A DNA stretch of 48,308 bases, taken from positions 1-48,308 of the forward strand of contig JBLGBK010000005.1 of the NCBI GenBank assembly GCA_047617785.1. Reading direction: 5' to 3'. This document shows, in pieces, positions 37,710 to 46,621 of this stretch. This DNA is from Colwellia polaris. Lineage in GTDB: Archaea > Nanohalarchaeota > Nanosalinia > Nanosalinales > Nanosalinaceae. Below the pieces are notes generated by a model. It was not told the DNA's origin. It searched no databases and was given only the letters and a program-made list of their open reading frames with translations. Position 1 is the stretch's first letter. Every line of letters begins with the position of its first letter. Made by a program: the position numbers and the translations under genes.

Positions 37710-38690
37710 CTATTTTTCACGATTGGCCCATGACTCCGGAATATCTTTTTCTTCCTCCCATGCCTCGTCTATAATCTGATCTCGCCGGAAACGGCTTTGA
37801 AGAGGCAGATAACCCGAGTTGTGGTTATGTCCTCTAGGAGTCTGGAAATCGAACATTTCTACTTCTTTTCCGGTTTGATCAAATATCTCATGCTCGAATA
37901 TCTCATCGTATTCCGCATCGAAATGCATTGAGTGTATCTTATCCTCGTCAAAGCTTGTGATATGAAGACTATTCTCAGGCATGCTATCCGCCTTAGACTG
38001 GTAATTGAATCTGCGTGCACCTAAACCGAGCAGAATCTTGTCGCCTATAGTTCTCGGGTAAGGCATGTGAACGTGATCATAAATTGCTATATCTGTGTTT
38101 GAAAGACTTGGCGGAGTTCTCCTTGTTGACTGTTCATTAGTGTAACGCTTTACTGAAAACAGGTCTTCCAGCAGCTCATCGCTTCTTCTATCAGGGTGAT
38201 TTAGAGTGTTTTCCCTCTTGATTTTATGCGGGTGATGTGCTGCCTGTACTTTATTGCCTTTTATGTCTGTCTCGAACCCTTCATCAAATATCTCGTAATC
38301 CACTTCTACATCAAAAGGGTCCAAAGAGTTAATCTGAGTCATAAAACCAGTGAACTCATCGGCATCATCAGGATCATCCGGATCAGCATCCTTCTTATCT
38401 TCGTCTCCTGCCACCATCTTTACCTCAGGCCCAGGCTCAAGAGCGTCCAGAAATGTGTATACATCGTCATAGGTTCCTGTATCTCCCATAACATGTATCT
38501 CATCTATATCGTAATGTGCAACGTAGTCGTTTACCTGTCTGCCTACACCTTGAACATAGTCCTCTCTTATACTGGAATCATATTCTTCAAATGCATGTAT
38601 TTCAGAAACGTGTAGAACGTTGTAGTTATCAGGGATATCAAACTCATCAGGCAGGTAATTAGGACCACTCCTTGTTCTCAGAGAGCCCAC
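37710..38690 (-). CDS. Divergent calcineurin-like metallophosphoesterase
   Basis: Motif order HVSEIH / MGD / AGDED / HH / DHVH matches the metallophosphoesterase fold; GTG start uncertain. Confidence 0.6.
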   Translation of the reverse strand: MGSLRTRSGPNYLPDEFDIPDNYNVLHVSEIHAFEEYDSSIREDYVQGVGRQVNDYVAHYDIDEIHVMGDTGTYDDVYTFLDALEPGPEVKMVAGDEDKKDADPDDPDDADEFTGFMTQINSLDPFDVEVDYEIFDEGFETDIKGNKVQAAHHPHKIKRENTLNHPDRRSDELLEDLFSVKRYTNEQSTRRTPPSLSNTDIAIYDHVHMPYPRTIGDKILLGLGARRFNYQSKADSMPENSLHITSFDEDKIHSMHFDAEYDEIFEHEIFDQTGKEVEMFDFQTPRGHNHNSGYLPLQSRFRRDQIIDEAWEEEKDIPESWANREK

Positions 38691-38810
38691 CCTGTCAACA
38701 AGAATAAATTTTTATACCGGCACAGAGTAGAGTTTCTGCCCATTTAAGAGCATGTTAGGGATAAGGAATCAAAAATGTATCGGTAGTAGAATTCAGAGAA
38801 TATACAGGAT

Positions 38811-38818
38811 TTTTAATA
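38811..38818 (+). promoter_or_regulatory. TATA-like box for the cysS leader
   Basis: TTTTAATA centred about 26 nt upstream of ATG 38841, matching the spacing before other apparently leaderless genes in this window. Confidence 0.55.
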
Positions 38819-38840
38819 CTGGCAGTTAGTAGTTTGAGTT

Positions 38841-38912
38841 ATGAGCAGCACTAATTCCGGTGGTCGTTTTTGTCGACAGAGAAACCGTGTTTCGACAGAT
38901 GTTTTATTCTAA
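38841..38912 (+). promoter_or_regulatory. Putative leader peptide uORF upstream of cysS (MSSTNSGGRFCRQRNRVSTDVLF)
   Basis: ATG..TAA, 23 codons, Cys codon 11 lies inside a hairpin; region folds back on 38922-38940 next to the cysS SD-like sequence. Confidence 0.45.
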
Positions 38913-38954
38913 AGTTCTAAAACCAATTACAGAGCTGCTTGGAGCTGAAACTGT

Positions 38955-40394
38955 ATGACACTTAAGCTATTCAATACGCTGACACGTGAAAAAGAAGAAT
39001 TCAAACCAATAGAAGAAGAAAAGGTAAAGTTCTACAGCTGCGGGCAGACAATCTACGACGATCTGCACATCGGAAATGCCAAAGCCTACACCGCATGGGA
39101 CACACTAACACGCTACCTACGATGGAAAGGTTACAATGTCCGACACGTACAGAACATCACCGACGTCGGACATCTAACCGATGACGGAGATCAAGGAGAA
39201 GATAAAGTCGAGAAAAGGGCAAAAGAGCTTGGAATTGAACCTATGGAGCTGGTAGAAGACCAAATTGAACGTTATTTTGAAGATACTAAAGCAGTAAACG
39301 TGAAGCGGCAGGACATCATGCCTCGGGCGACCGGCCACATAAACGAAATGATAGAGTACGTTCAGAAGATCTACGACAATGGCTACGCGTATGAAGTTGA
39401 CGGCAACATCTACTTCGACGTTGAAGCATTCGCTAAAGAATATCCGTACGGCGAGATGGCGAACAAAGATATAGAACAGTTGAAAGAAGAGGCCAAGAGC
39501 CGTGTCGAACCCGACGATAAAAAGAAGAACCAGTTCGACTTCGCTCTATGGCTGAACTCCGAAGGAAGCGGGCACCTAATGAAGTGGACAGCGAAGTTCG
39601 AAATAGACGGCAAGCTAGTCAAGTCAGTAGGTTATCCTGGATGGCATATCGAATGTTCTATCATGAGCCAGAAGTACCTAGGCGATGAGTTTGATATCCA
39701 CGCTGGTGGGAAGGATCATATCTTCCCACACCATCCAAACGAACGTGCCCAGGCATTCGCAGCGTCTGGAGAAGGACAGGCTCGTTACTGGATTCACAAT
39801 GAATTCATCCAAGTTGAAGGAGAAAAGATGAGCAAGTCAGAAGGCAACTTTTATACAGTAAGAGAGTTGCTGGAGAAAGGATTCAGCGGCGATATTATCC
39901 GGCTCTATCTGATCAGCACCCATTACCGCACAGAATCTGATTTCAGTATTGAAGGACTTGAGAAGGCGGAGAAGGAGCTTTCAAGAGTAAGAAGCGTTGT
40001 GCAGAAGATTAGAAAGAATCCTGGAGATGTAGACTTAGATAACGATATCGAATCCCGGTTTAAGGAAGAGATGGATGATGACCTGAATACAGCTCGTGCT
40101 AAGCAGGAGTTAATGAGCTACGTCAGCAGGGTTAACTCGGAGATCGAGAAAGGAGCAGAACCTTCTGAAGAAATTGCTGACACAATCGAAGAGTTATTCG
40201 GAATTCTTGGTGTAAACATCGATCCCGATGTTTCAGAGATAGAGGCTAGTTTAGCTGATACCCTTCTGGAGCTACGTGATGACGCTCGTGAGAATGAGGA
40301 CTGGGATACTTCAGATTTAATCCGTGATCGTTTACAGGATCTTGGTTTCCAGATTGAAGACCGTGATGACAGCTCTACCTGGTTGAAGATATGA
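38955..40394 (+). CDS. cysS: Cysteine--tRNA ligase
   Basis: YSCG, HIGN, NITDVGH, PGWHIEC, FPHH, KMSKS, DDLNT. Confidence 0.98.
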   Translation: MTLKLFNTLTREKEEFKPIEEEKVKFYSCGQTIYDDLHIGNAKAYTAWDTLTRYLRWKGYNVRHVQNITDVGHLTDDGDQGEDKVEKRAKELGIEPMELVEDQIERYFEDTKAVNVKRQDIMPRATGHINEMIEYVQKIYDNGYAYEVDGNIYFDVEAFAKEYPYGEMANKDIEQLKEEAKSRVEPDDKKKNQFDFALWLNSEGSGHLMKWTAKFEIDGKLVKSVGYPGWHIECSIMSQKYLGDEFDIHAGGKDHIFPHHPNERAQAFAASGEGQARYWIHNEFIQVEGEKMSKSEGNFYTVRELLEKGFSGDIIRLYLISTHYRTESDFSIEGLEKAEKELSRVRSVVQKIRKNPGDVDLDNDIESRFKEEMDDDLNTARAKQELMSYVSRVNSEIEKGAEPSEEIADTIEELFGILGVNIDPDVSEIEASLADTLLELRDDARENEDWDTSDLIRDRLQDLGFQIEDRDDSSTWLKI

Positions 40395-40747
40395 AAAAGA
40401 TGGAAGAAAACGCTTTAATCGAATATCTGGAAGAAAACTCCGGTTACAGTTACGATACTGTTATTCCAGAAGAGATTTACGAAGAATGTAAGGATTTATT
40501 GGAGGAGACTAGTCGCACAACAGTCATCAAGCACTTTCCAGATGCAAAAAGCTACAGAGATGATAATGCCCGGAAAAGCGTTCATCTTACTGATTACCGC
40601 GGCTTAGAAAGAGAGGAACTAGAATCGGATGTTATAGTCGCTCATCTAGAGAGGTTTAACCCAGAACACCACCCTGTTCTTCATGCATTAATCGACTTCC
40701 CTATCTGGTATTACAAGAATAGAATAAGAGAGAAGAACAACCTGTAG
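40391..40747 (+). CDS. Hypothetical protein
   Basis: 118-aa ORF with ATGA overlap to cysS; acidic composition. Confidence 0.65.
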   Translation: MKKMEENALIEYLEENSGYSYDTVIPEEIYEECKDLLEETSRTTVIKHFPDAKSYRDDNARKSVHLTDYRGLEREELESDVIVAHLERFNPEHHPVLHALIDFPIWYYKNRIREKNNL

Positions 40748-40802
40748 AAATAAAATTAAGTGTGAAGATAAAGCAGCAAGGCCGGTAAAAAGAAAATTCA
40801 GT

Positions 40803-40943
40803 TTACTTGTCTTCTAGTTCCTGTTTCTTCTGCTGTTTTCTGTCTGCCTGTTCTTCGAAAATTTCCTCTGCTCGATCGTCACTGATTCCAAGCATTTCTT
40901 TCGCTTTCTCTTTCTGTTTTTCAGCTGCCTGTTCCTTGTTCAT
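40803..40943 (-). CDS. Small charged protein (46 aa), not in the ORF track
   Basis: MNKEQAAEKQKEKAKEMLGISDDRAEEIFEEQADRKQQKKQELEDK; TTTAAA box about 27 nt upstream; coding-like purine bias. Confidence 0.7.
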   Translation of the reverse strand: MNKEQAAEKQKEKAKEMLGISDDRAEEIFEEQADRKQQKKQELEDK

Positions 40944-40998
40944 AGTACCTAAAAATTATCTCTCCTGTTTTAAATAGGTTGCAACCGCTGAGCAGGGT

Positions 40999-42096
40999 CT
41001 AATCCACTAACTGCTTGAAATTTTTCTTAAATTCATCTAGATACTGTATATCCATAGATGCTCCTGCCGCTTTCGCATGTCCTCCCGCCTCTGCACCTTT
41101 TTCAACTGCTTCTTCAGGAAGAGCATCATGCATCAGCTTTCCAAGATCAACACGTCCAGACTGACAGCGAGCACTGATATTAGCCTCGTCATCCTTCTGA
41201 ATTACTAAGTGAATCCAGTCAGGAGTCTTAGTCGACATGTTAGTGGATATAGAGGAAGTAATATGGAAATCAGACTCTAGTTCAAAGAATATTATCATCT
41301 TATCTCTATCAATCTCTCTTTCCTCCTCATAGTTCTCCATAACCTCGTTGAACTCATCCTGCATCTCCAGATAGACTTCATAGACCTGTCTGTATTCCTC
41401 CTGAGCTTCAATTTCAAGAAGGCCGTCAGATTTCATCAGTGCCTCGTAAGCAAGCTTTGCAAAATGCTGAGAATCTCTGTAAGGCTTGATGTTAAGCACA
41501 GAAGCATAGCGTCCGTACTCACAGTTTTTAGCCAGCTCCTCCTGTGTCAAGTCTTCAGGCAGATATTGATCGTAGTCTTCTTCAAGCTGTTCAAAGACTT
41601 CCATGCACTGTTCAACACCGAAATCTTGAATTATCCCCATCCCTGCGATCCAGCGTACTTCATCTTCGAGACCGTAAAGATCTGATATATCAAGGCAGAT
41701 CTTACTACATGGGATGTATACATCTGCATCGTCTTCACGTGGATTAACGAAGCTAACATCAGGCACACGGTCAAAGCTGTGATGGTCTACTACTAGAACA
41801 TCTGTTCCACCTTCATTGATTTCTTCTAATTCATCTGCCTGAAGGTTGAAGTCGAGAACAATTAGTCGATCTGCTTCGTCAGCTCTTTCGAGATCGCTGT
41901 CTTCTAGATGGTATGCTCGTTCATCCGGGATTTTTACTGTGTCGGCCGGTCTTCCTCGTTCCTGTTCCAGTATTTTGGAGATGATTACTGAGGAGGATAT
42001 GCCGTCCATATCCCAGTGGTGTAGTATTACAACGTCTTCTGATTTTTCTATGTCGTCGATAAACTGCTTTGCAGGTGTGAGTTTTTCAGGTTCCAT
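40999..42096 (-). CDS. DHH/DHHA1 phosphoesterase (RecJ-like)
   Basis: HWDMDG, VLD, DHH, IQD, GGHAKAAG; start moved to ATG 42096 to avoid overlap with ileS. Confidence 0.9.
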   Translation of the reverse strand: MEPEKLTPAKQFIDDIEKSEDVVILHHWDMDGISSSVIISKILEQERGRPADTVKIPDERAYHLEDSDLERADEADRLIVLDFNLQADELEEINEGGTDVLVVDHHSFDRVPDVSFVNPREDDADVYIPCSKICLDISDLYGLEDEVRWIAGMGIIQDFGVEQCMEVFEQLEEDYDQYLPEDLTQEELAKNCEYGRYASVLNIKPYRDSQHFAKLAYEALMKSDGLLEIEAQEEYRQVYEVYLEMQDEFNEVMENYEEEREIDRDKMIIFFELESDFHITSSISTNMSTKTPDWIHLVIQKDDEANISARCQSGRVDLGKLMHDALPEEAVEKGAEAGGHAKAAGASMDIQYLDEFKKNFKQLVD

Positions 42097-42127
42097 TATA
42101 ACAAAGAAAGGAGAAGGTAGAGTCTTT

Positions 42128-45100
42128 TTAATTAACCGGCTCCGAGAAACTGAACCGAGTTTCAAGACTGCGGTGCTCAACCTCGCCGCTGTACTCTAGA
42201 CTTTCTCCAAAGACGATTTCATCAACTTTCATCCGGTCCTTCACGTCTTCAAGATAATCCTGAAGAATTTCTTTCTCTCCTTCAAATGAAAGCTTGATCT
42301 CGTCATGAACCTCAAGACCTGCTTCTTTACGCTTCTCCTGAATCGCACGGATAACCTCGTTCACAAATGCTTCTTCTACAAGTTCGTCGGTCTCCTCTAG
42401 GTCCAAGAATACCTCACCTGCCTCGAAGGTTTTACTGTGTGCATCACCCCGAGTCTGACTATGGATCTCTACATCATCCAGAGTTACATCGTAGCTGTCA
42501 ATCTCTATCTCTCCTAGTTTTCGGAGCTGCTCTACTTGATCGTGTTCTAGAACCTCAATCTTGTTCGCGACTTCATCTGCTGAGCTACCGAACTTCGGAC
42601 CAAGACTTGAATAATCAGGTTTGGCGGAGAGTTTGGAAGCAACTTCTCCAAACTCTATACCCTTAACATTCACCATATCCTCGATCAGGCTCAAAAGCGG
42701 CTGAAGACCTTCTTCTGTTTCCTCATCTGTGGAAATAACCAGTCGCTTGGCCGGCCATCGCAGGTTGTACTCTTCTTCATCCCGCAGCTTGTTTGCTTTC
42801 TCTACTATCTCACGTGAAAGCTGCATGTACCATTCCAAGTCTTCGTCAATAAACTGTTCTTCCGGCTCCGGATACTGTTCGCTGTGAACAGATACGCCGT
42901 CTTCCAAGTCCTGATAGACCTTTTCTGTTATATATGGTGCGAAAGGCGCCATCAAGCGGTTGAGTTGCTCAAGCACTGTTCCAAGAGTCCACTGAGCTTT
43001 CTCATCTCCATTTTTGATACGTCCTCTAACCTTTTTGACATACCAACGCGAGAGATCGTTTAGAATAAAGTCTTCTAGTTCTCGCGCTACTTCGTGGAAT
43101 CTACCATTATCGATTCTTTCTGGCGCGGAGTCTGTTATAGAGTTAATCCGTGATAGCACCCATTCGTCCTCGATATTGAGTTCTTCTGGTTTTTCAGGTT
43201 TTTCATCTACATAGGTGGTGTAGAATTCCTTAGTGTTCCAGAATACCGACATCAGCCGGTAAATTTCTTCTTCAATTTCTGATTCGTCATACTGGGTCTG
43301 CTCCCATGGCGCCGCTACTCTGAGAGAGTAGAATCTTGGGAGATCAGCGCCGTAGTCTTCTAACTGTTCGACAGGATCAACTACGTTTCCAACCGATTTG
43401 GACATTTTCTCTCCTTCCGCGTCAAGTACGTAGCTCTGGAAAAGAACCTTTTCATAAGGTGCTTCATCGAATCCAAGGATTCCTGTGAACATCAGGCTGT
43501 AGAACCATCCACGGATCTGATCTGAACCTTCTGTAATGAAGTCCATTGGCCACATCTTCTCGAAAGGCTGCTCCTCGAACGGATAGTGCAGGGATGCGAA
43601 CGGCGCAATACCTGAGTCGAACCAGACGTCGAAAATGTCAGGTATCCGTTCAAAATCTCCACCGCAGTCACAGCTCCATGTTATATCATCGACTACGTGT
43701 TTGTGAGGATCAAAGTCTTCGGGCAGTTCGCCGATCTTTTCTTCAAGCTGATCAAAGCTTCCAACTATTTCTTTTTCCCCGCAATCGTTGCAGATCCATA
43801 TTGGAATTGGGATACCCCAGTAGTTCTGTCTTGATATACACCAGTCAGGACTGTCTGAGACAAAGTTATGAAAACGCTTCTGTGCGGAATCGGGTATCCA
43901 GTCAACATCCTCGTTTTCTTCAAGCATCCGGTTTTTGACTTCTTCATTTTCGATGAACCACTGGTCGGCTGCTCTGTAGATGAGCTCTGTTTTGCATCTC
44001 CAGCAGTGTGGGTATTCGTGCTGGTAAGGCTCGCTGTGAAGCAGCAGATCTTTGTTCTCAAGTCTTTCTACAATCTCTGGGTCGACTTCGAGAACGTTTT
44101 CTCCTTCAAGGTCTCCTGCTTCTTCTGTGTAGTATCCTTCGCTGTCGAGCGGCGAGAAGACAGGTAGTCCTAGTGGTCTTGTTTCTTCGTAGTCTTCTGG
44201 TCCGTGCCCGGTTGCTGCGTGGACTAATCCGGTTCCTTCTTCTAGTGTTACAAGTTCTTCTGAGTTATGTATTCTGTGAACTCCGTCTTCTTCGTCCATT
44301 TCCTGCTGTTTTGGCACATCATCGAGGAATGGCGTCTCGTATTTGATTCCTTTGAGGTCACTGCCGGAGAGCGTTCTCTCGATTTTATAGTCTTCTACTC
44401 CTGCTTTCTCCATTACTGTGTCGACAAGCTGCTCTGCTACGATCAGTTTTTCTTCTCCAGTGTCGACGACTGCGTATACGTAGTCTGGATGAGTGAATAC
44501 TGCCATGTTGCTTGGGATTGTCCAGGGAGTCGTGGTCCAAATCACCACTTTTTCTTCACGGTCTTCAAGCGGGAATTTAACAAATACGGCTATATCCTCT
44601 ACTTGTTGGTACTCATCGGTTACTTCATAACCAGATAATGAGGTCTGGCATCTTGGACACCAGTGGATTGGCTTTGTTCCTTCGTAAAGTAGATCTTGTT
44701 CATCTGTTTTCTGTAGAAGCCACCATGCTGTTTCAATATAGTCGGAGTCAAAGGTCATGTATGGATTCTCAAAGTCTTGCCAGATTGCTAGGTCTTCCAT
44801 GACTGTCTGCCAGTCGTCTTTCGCAGAGGTTGCTCTTTTTCTACATTCGTTTATGAATTTTTCCGCAGAAATACTTCGTCCAATCTCATTCTTATTTTCA
44901 ATTCCTAGGTGTTCCTCAGTTGCTAGTTCATTTGGCAGCCCGTGTGTGTCGAACCCTGCCTGGTCGTGGACATCGTAGCCTTGCATCTGTTTGAAGCGGA
45001 GCATCGTGTCCTTGATAACTTTCCCCTGCATATGTCCTACGTGAGGGCTTCCGTTCAGGTATGGCGGTCCATCAATTAAGAAGAAAGGCTCGTTACCTTC

Positions 45101-45187
45101 CGTTGAGTCACGGACTTTTTGCTTTACATTATTCTCTTTCCAGTAGTCTTTGATGTCCTGCTCGATTTCCTGCGGATTATACGACAT
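42128..45187 (-). CDS. ileS: Isoleucine--tRNA ligase (archaeal/eukaryotic type)
   Basis: DGPPY, HVGH, WTTTPWT, DWCISRQ.YWG, EGSDQIRGWF, KMSKS. Confidence 0.98.
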   Translation of the reverse strand: MSYNPQEIEQDIKDYWKENNVKQKVRDSTEGNEPFFLIDGPPYLNGSPHVGHMQGKVIKDTMLRFKQMQGYDVHDQAGFDTHGLPNELATEEHLGIENKNEIGRSISAEKFINECRKRATSAKDDWQTVMEDLAIWQDFENPYMTFDSDYIETAWWLLQKTDEQDLLYEGTKPIHWCPRCQTSLSGYEVTDEYQQVEDIAVFVKFPLEDREEKVVIWTTTPWTIPSNMAVFTHPDYVYAVVDTGEEKLIVAEQLVDTVMEKAGVEDYKIERTLSGSDLKGIKYETPFLDDVPKQQEMDEEDGVHRIHNSEELVTLEEGTGLVHAATGHGPEDYEETRPLGLPVFSPLDSEGYYTEEAGDLEGENVLEVDPEIVERLENKDLLLHSEPYQHEYPHCWRCKTELIYRAADQWFIENEEVKNRMLEENEDVDWIPDSAQKRFHNFVSDSPDWCISRQNYWGIPIPIWICNDCGEKEIVGSFDQLEEKIGELPEDFDPHKHVVDDITWSCDCGGDFERIPDIFDVWFDSGIAPFASLHYPFEEQPFEKMWPMDFITEGSDQIRGWFYSLMFTGILGFDEAPYEKVLFQSYVLDAEGEKMSKSVGNVVDPVEQLEDYGADLPRFYSLRVAAPWEQTQYDESEIEEEIYRLMSVFWNTKEFYTTYVDEKPEKPEELNIEDEWVLSRINSITDSAPERIDNGRFHEVARELEDFILNDLSRWYVKKVRGRIKNGDEKAQWTLGTVLEQLNRLMAPFAPYITEKVYQDLEDGVSVHSEQYPEPEEQFIDEDLEWYMQLSREIVEKANKLRDEEEYNLRWPAKRLVISTDEETEEGLQPLLSLIEDMVNVKGIEFGEVASKLSAKPDYSSLGPKFGSSADEVANKIEVLEHDQVEQLRKLGEIEIDSYDVTLDDVEIHSQTRGDAHSKTFEAGEVFLDLEETDELVEEAFVNEVIRAIQEKRKEAGLEVHDEIKLSFEGEKEILQDYLEDVKDRMKVDEIVFGESLEYSGEVEHRSLETRFSFSEPVN

Positions 45188-45427
45188 AACACGGGTTCAA
45201 GTTCTGAAAGTTAAAAACATTTTTAATCTTCCAACAGATCGTCATCTCCTTCGGAATTAAACCTGAAGCTTTCAAGATACTTAGAGGACGCTATATACGG
45301 TAAATGCAGCCACTGAATAGAACTCTTTATTCTGAGATACGTAATTAGATGTTGTATGCGCTAAAGCGTGCATTTCCACCTCTATATCATCTGTTAAAGT
45401 ATAGTACGCTTCATTTTAACTGGATAA

Positions 45428-46099
45428 TTACTTCCACTCTATACTTTTGCCGTTCAGTTCTCCGTCTGTGAGATCTTCCTCATCGTCGTCTTCTTCTTTT
45501 GTAGAATGATGGTTGACATTCTGTGTTAGAGGTTGAGGCGTATTCTGTCGGCTGATGGATTCCTCAGATTCCTGTCCAGACTCATCACTGCCGCTGTTAT
45601 TATCTTCTTGGAACCTCTGGCTTTCCGGATGCTTTTCCTTTTTGCTTTCTTCAAAGCTGACATCTACACTACTCATTGTTTCACTGAGTTCGCCAAGCTG
45701 GTTCTGCAATTCTTGTTTCTGTGGGAAAATCGCTCCTGTTGGCGTCCCTGCGTTTTCTTCTTCAGCGAAACGCGGGAATACCTGTATGTATGCGTGTGGC
45801 ATCATCTGTCCGCCAGCCTCCTTGATGTTAACTGTTATTGATGCGCCGTCTGCACCCAGTCCCTTCTCTGCTTTTTCTACTACTTCACGCGCCAGTTTCA
45901 TTCCCTCATGGTATTCGCTGGGTGAGAGATCCATTACCGATTCTGTGTGTTCCTTGGGTACGACCATTGTGTGGCCTTTGGCTCTAGGGTTGACTTCGAG
46001 CCATGCATAGAAGTTTTCTGTTTCTCCAACCAGTTTCAATTGGTCAGGGTTATCGATTAACTGGCAGAAAACGCATTGGTCTCCTTGCTGTGGAGGCAT
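45428..46099 (-). CDS. HIT-family protein with altered triad and acidic tail
   Basis: CVFC, NPRAKGHTMVVPKEH, GQMMPHAYIQVFPR. Confidence 0.88.
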   Translation of the reverse strand: MPPQQGDQCVFCQLIDNPDQLKLVGETENFYAWLEVNPRAKGHTMVVPKEHTESVMDLSPSEYHEGMKLAREVVEKAEKGLGADGASITVNIKEAGGQMMPHAYIQVFPRFAEEENAGTPTGAIFPQKQELQNQLGELSETMSSVDVSFEESKKEKHPESQRFQEDNNSGSDESGQESEESISRQNTPQPLTQNVNHHSTKEEDDDEEDLTDGELNGKSIEWK

Positions 46100-46219
46100 A
46101 ACTGTTTGTTCTTCTGCACCGTTATTAAATGATGGAGACCTGTATACAGAAGGTTTTTATAAAGTTTCCAGTGCAGTTTTGTGTTTACTAGCATACATTT
46201 CACAGGTGTTTACAGATTT

Positions 46220-46570
46220 ATGTCAGAAGATTCTGAACGCGAAGAACAAGTTGAAGAAGTTGAAAATCAGGAAGAAAATACTGAAGAGCAGGTAGAGGAA
46301 CCTGTCGAAGAAGAACAGGTTGAAGAACCTGAAGAAGTAGAAGAAACAGAAGATCAGGAAGAAGGCGAAGAAGAGGAAGATTTCGACAAACCTGTTTCTG
46401 AAGGCGAAATTGTCGAAGTAGATATCGAAGATCTAGGAAGCAAAGGAGACGGAATCGCACGTAAAGAAGGATTCGTAATCTTTGTACCTGGCGGAGAAGT
46501 CGGCGAAACATATGACGTAGAAGTTACATCCGTCGGAAGAAAGTTCGCGTTCGCAGAGATCGACGAATAA
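46220..46570 (+). CDS. TRAM-domain RNA-binding protein with acidic N-terminal extension
   Basis: [34 protein letters not shown]; probable start ATG 46220 after AGGTG. Confidence 0.92.
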   Translation: MSEDSEREEQVEEVENQEENTEEQVEEPVEEEQVEEPEEVEETEDQEEGEEEEDFDKPVSEGEIVEVDIEDLGSKGDGIARKEGFVIFVPGGEVGETYDVEVTSVGRKFAFAEIDE

Positions 46571-46621
46571 AAACAAAACGGGCGCAAGCCCTAACTAATT
46601 ACTCTTTACCTTTTCTATACC

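Noticed and set aside
34855-38700. tRNA-integrated mobile island
   Set aside because: No integrase or transposase, and I saw no repeat of the tRNA 3' end
38841-38954. uORF as an N-terminal extension of CysS
   Set aside because: Same frame but two stops intervene (TAA 38910 and a TGA just before the cysS ATG), and CysS begins with the normal LKLFNTL motif
42097-42180. N-terminal extension of the DHH ORF
   Set aside because: Overlaps ileS and has atypical composition; ATG 42096 preferred
46240-46382. GAAGAA-type repeats
   Set aside because: Low-complexity Glu-coding sequence, not a tandem array or CRISPR
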